Assembly (NCBI GenBank): GCA_038915815.1
Contig: JBCLCL010000003.1
Span: 7,015 to 71,014, forward strand
Direction of reading: 5' to 3'
DNA: 64,000 nucleotides
Source of the DNA: Candidatus Limnocylindrales bacterium
GTDB taxonomy: Bacteria > Chloroflexota > Limnocylindria > Limnocylindrales > CSP1-4
The position numbers and the translations under genes were made by a program. A model generated the notes under the pieces. That model ran no database searches. It saw nothing but the letters and a program-made list of their open reading frames with translations, and was not told where the DNA came from. This document shows, piece after piece, positions 61,294 to 64,000 of the stretch; the first letter of the stretch is position 1; each line of letters opens with the position of its first letter.

Positions 61294-62025
61294 ATGGGAC
61301 TCGACCGAGACACGACGTTCACCTGGTACGGCCATGCCTGCGTGGAGGTCCGGACACCCGGCGGCAAGGTCATCCTGATCGACCCCTGGTTCGGCAATCC
61401 GCGCAGCCCTCGCGCGGCCGACTCGATCGACCGCTGCGACCTGCTGCTGGTGACCCACGGCCACGGCGACCACATGGGCGACGCCGTCGCTCTGGCCTCA
61501 CGGCTGCGCCCGGCCTGGCCATGCATCCACGAGATGTCGTTGTGGCTGGCCCGGCGGCTGCCGGGAGGGGCGGACGCGGCGATCGGGATGAACAAGGGCG
61601 GCACGGTGGAGGTGGCCGGGCTGCGCGTCACGATGGTCCACGCGGAGCACTCGGCGGGCGACTGGAACCCGGGCGGCGAGACGACCCTCTACCTGGGCGA
61701 GCCGGCCGGCTTCGTCGTCGAGGTCGAGAACGGCTTCCGCTTCTATCACGCCGGTGACACGGCGGTCTTCGGCGACATGCGCCTGATACGGGATCTCTAC
61801 CGACCGGACCTGGCGCTCCTGCCGATCGGTGGTCATTACACGATGGGCCCGCGCGAGGCGGCACTGGCCGTCGAGTTGCTGGGGGTCAAGCACGTCATCC
61901 CGATCCACTACGGGACGTTTCCGGTGCTCGCCGGCACGCCGGATCAGCTGCGGGCCGAGCTGTCGGCGCGGGGGCTGCACGACGTGGAGGTCCACGAACT
62001 CGAGCCGGGCGGCACGCTGCGCTGA
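61294..62025 (+). CDS. Metal-dependent hydrolase, MBL fold (UPF0173/UlaG-like)
   Basis: VTHGHGDHMGD zinc motif. 243 aa typical of the family. Confidence 0.8.
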   Translation: MGLDRDTTFTWYGHACVEVRTPGGKVILIDPWFGNPRSPRAADSIDRCDLLLVTHGHGDHMGDAVALASRLRPAWPCIHEMSLWLARRLPGGADAAIGMNKGGTVEVAGLRVTMVHAEHSAGDWNPGGETTLYLGEPAGFVVEVENGFRFYHAGDTAVFGDMRLIRDLYRPDLALLPIGGHYTMGPREAALAVELLGVKHVIPIHYGTFPVLAGTPDQLRAELSARGLHDVEVHELEPGGTLR

Positions 62026-62350
62026 CAGTCCCGGCAGCCACAGGCGCGGGCGCCGGTCGGGGGCGGGCCCGGGCGCGGCCCCGTCGCGGCCCCGTCACGG
62101 CCGCGGCGCCGAAGCCTCGCCGATGCACGTTCCGGCGGCGAATATCGCTGACACCAATTGATCCAGGGCAAGACCTGCCATATGGGCCGCCCGGCAACCC
62201 CGATCGCTCGAGTTCACCGCCCAACCGAGCGTGGAACAGGTGCGCGGACCAACCGTCTCGGTCGCGGCCCAGCCCTTGTCGCCCCGCCTGCCCGGAAACT
62301 ACTACTGTCAGCGATTCGGACCTGGACAGCCCGCCCGCCCCGCACCGCGC

Positions 62351-62470
62351 CTGAGGCCCCCGCCAGGCAGACGATTTCGGCGCCCCGGACGGACCAACTG
62401 TGCCGGAACTGGCCGCGCGCGGGTCGGAGGACGTGGAGGTCCGCGCGCTCGGGCCGGGCGGGACGCCGCC
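62351..62470 (+). pseudogene. Diverged duplicate of the 3' end of the upstream MBL-hydrolase gene (~35 codons)
   Basis: FGAPDGPTVPELAARGSEDVEVRALGPGGTPP vs gene end FPVLAGTPDQLRAELSARGLHDVEVHELEPGGTLR. DNA gacgtggaggtcc...gggccgggcgg is shared. Confidence 0.4.
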
Positions 62471-62530
62471 AAGGAGGGCCGTGCTCAGCTCGAGGCGGCC
62501 ACCGGGATCGTGACGCCGGTCCTTCGCTGC

Positions 62531-62935
62531 CTACCGGCCAGGGATCACCTGGAACCCCTGCGTCTCGAAATCCGCATCGAAGGCGAACGCCCGGTCGATG
62601 CCCAGCTCACGGATCACGACGAAACTCGTCCGATCGACGAGCGATACGCCCCGATCGAGTGACCCGACCATCGCCGCCGTCGCCAACCGGTGCGTCGATT
62701 CATCGATCCAATGGATTCGGACGGCCGGCAGGATGTCATCGAGGAAGACCCGAACGGCTTCCGCGCCGAGTCGGCGCTGGATGAGCGCCGAGCTTTCAAC
62801 GACGACGTAGTTGTGCGTGACGAGATCGTCACGAGCCTCGATCAACTCCGGGAGCGTCTTCCGTGCGGACGGATGGAGCGAGTCGCGGACGTCCAGGTAG
62901 GCGTAGAACGCCGACGAGTCGACAAACGTCACCAA
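62531..62935 (-). CDS. vapC: PIN-domain toxin VapC (no intact cognate antitoxin upstream)
   Basis: VTFVDSSAFYAYLD, full PIN acidic residues. 134 aa. TTG/GTG start. Confidence 0.75.
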   Translation of the reverse strand: MVTFVDSSAFYAYLDVRDSLHPSARKTLPELIEARDDLVTHNYVVVESSALIQRRLGAEAVRVFLDDILPAVRIHWIDESTHRLATAAMVGSLDRGVSLVDRTSFVVIRELGIDRAFAFDADFETQGFQVIPGR

Positions 62936-63033
62936 CCGTGGGGGTCCTCGGCCAGGTAGTCGTCATGGCGTTCGCTCACGTCAACCAGGCCAGTCAGGTT
63001 GACTATTCACTCGCTTAGAGTGATACTCTGGTC

Positions 63034-63909
63034 ATGTCGCGATTGGTTGCTTCTGACAATGCGCTCCGGGCACTGTTGCTCCTGTCGCAGGGTACGGACG
63101 GACTTCGTACGTCCGTGGTTGGCGACGCGCTCGAGATCTCGTACACCGGGGCGCAGAAGGCGCTCGACATCCTCATTGCCGATGGCTTGGTGAACCGTTC
63201 GGAACGCCGCCATATGGTCGCCCCGTCGCCCCGCACGCAGGAGGTCGTCCGCTTCGCCCTCGCGTTCCTGCCGATGGACGTGGCGCTCGCGGCGCTTGCT
63301 CGTGGTAACGAGGCCATCGAGTTCGCGGGCATGGACGAGCAGGGAGCGCTCATCGTGTTCCGCCGCTTCACGGATCCGGCGGCAGAGGTCCGGATGCTCG
63401 ATGCTGTGGCGATCCTGCGACAGTTCGCGCCCGACAGCGTGATCGAGTTCGCGACCAAGGAGGACTTGCGCGACCAGCTTCAGGCCGACCTCTCGCCGCG
63501 CAACCGGGCATCAGGAATGCGTGTGCTGTACGGCACGGTCGACCGAACCTTCCCCGACAGGACCCCGCACGCTGCCATCCAGGCGCACCCGCTGGGTCAC
63601 TTGAACGAGGCCGTTTCTGCGCCCAGTGCCCGGCGTATGCGTGCCCTCGCACGCGACTACGGCCTGCGACGCATCCTTGCCTTCGGGTCTGCCACACGGG
63701 CGGATTTCCGGCCCGATTCGGACATCGACCTGCTCGTTGAGCCCGCGGCGGGACGCCATCTCGGCCTCGCTGAGCGGGTCGACCTCACGGCGAAAGCGGA
63801 GCAGCTCTTCGGCCGCGATGTCGACCTCTTGACATCGCCCGTGCGGCGACTCTCACTCGCCCAGCAAATCGGCCGCGATGCGGTGGTGCTTTATGACGCC
63901 GCGCGATAG
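63034..63909 (+). CDS. Two-domain protein: N-terminal winged-helix (MarR-like) domain fused to MNT-type nucleotidyltransferase (HepT/MNT antitoxin family)
   Basis: C-terminal ILAFGSATRADFRPDSDIDLLVE is the minimal nucleotidyltransferase GSxxRG...DxD motif. N-terminal ~180 aa has wHTH character. Overlapped by a downstream HepT-like start. Confidence 0.65.
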   Translation: MSRLVASDNALRALLLLSQGTDGLRTSVVGDALEISYTGAQKALDILIADGLVNRSERRHMVAPSPRTQEVVRFALAFLPMDVALAALARGNEAIEFAGMDEQGALIVFRRFTDPAAEVRMLDAVAILRQFAPDSVIEFATKEDLRDQLQADLSPRNRASGMRVLYGTVDRTFPDRTPHAAIQAHPLGHLNEAVSAPSARRMRALARDYGLRRILAFGSATRADFRPDSDIDLLVEPAAGRHLGLAERVDLTAKAEQLFGRDVDLLTSPVRRLSLAQQIGRDAVVLYDAAR

Positions 63910-64000
63910 GGAAGCGCTCGAGCGAATCGTCGAGTGCGTCGACGTGATCGCGGAGTACGTGTCGCGAGTTGGTGCGGATTGGCCCACAGATGGCATGGCC
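63893..64000 (+). CDS. HepT-like (DUF86) toxin, 5' portion; cut by window end
   Basis: ATG 63893 overlapping the MNT gene by 17 nt. MTPRDREALERIVECVDVIAEYV resembles the HepT N-terminal helix. Confidence 0.45.
   Translation, partial: MTPRDREALERIVECVDVIAEYVSRVGADWPTDGMA

Noticed and set aside
62231-62662. 143-aa plus-strand ORF in the MBL-VapC spacer
   Set aside because: Arg/Pro/Gly-rich, no RBS. The frame carrying the real homology (the MBL 3' remnant) is a different one. Overlaps the vapC 3' end antisense.
63007-63213. 68-aa minus-strand ORF as possible VapB antitoxin for the VapC at 62531
   Set aside because: It overlaps the confident wHTH-MNT gene on the other strand, has no RHH/AbrB/Phd motif, and its frame is closed by a stop before reaching vapC.

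Overview
Reading the translations and the DNA directly (no searches run), this 64-kb, ~70% GC window from a high-GC bacterium (coding style, GTG/TTG starts and 4-nt ATGA/GTGA gene overlaps fit Actinobacteria-like genomes) is densely coded, with three broad parts. (1) Core metabolic operons. A molybdo-hydroxylase large subunit (5'-truncated by the window edge) sits with a 3-hydroxyacyl-CoA dehydrogenase, an AHL-lactonase-like MBL hydrolase, an SDR and a VOC protein. A minus-strand operon carries a BMP-family (nucleoside-type) ABC transporter, a CoxG-like protein, a class-V aminotransferase, an FAD-binding molybdo-hydroxylase subunit and an M20 amidohydrolase, and looks purine/ureide-catabolic. 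A GntR regulator precedes a peptide-type (Dpp-like) ABC transporter and a formamidase/acetamidase. PaaK (phenylacetate-CoA ligase) sits with an enoyl-CoA hydratase. (2) An accessory region (~23.9-34.0 kb). It begins with a VapBC pair, then a tRNA-Gly(CCC) whose 3' 49 nt are directly repeated 5.1 kb downstream. That repeat brackets an integrase-bearing island carrying a tightly coupled three-gene cassette of unknown function; I consider the cassette the best candidate for an undescribed defence or addiction system. Next come Phd/YefM-ParE, a degraded VapBC, two further VapBC pairs, and a luciferase-like monooxygenase (LLM)-family gene remnant apparently truncated at a TA insertion. (3) More core genes: a ~1180-aa Zn-ribbon, adenylyl-cyclase, STAND-ATPase, TPR protein. 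After it come hydrolases, CcdA/TlpA, and an NCS1 permease with SnoaL-like, ureohydrolase and amidase genes. Then follow a RelE/RHH pair, phosphoglucomutase, a membrane beta-propeller protein, an acyltransferase-3, an acyl-CoA synthetase with an in-frame EPA repeat, and a phosphoribosyltransferase. The region continues with a KamD-like protein lacking a B12 partner, DmpA and DppA peptidases, a MoaD-MoaE fusion, an O-methyltransferase and an MBL hydrolase. The window ends with an orphan VapC and a wHTH-MNT/HepT pair. Short tandem repeats and a recurring ATCGCTGACA motif are also present. No rRNA and no CRISPR array were seen. Many long ORFs in the six-frame track are antisense or out-of-frame artefacts of the high GC content and were not called.
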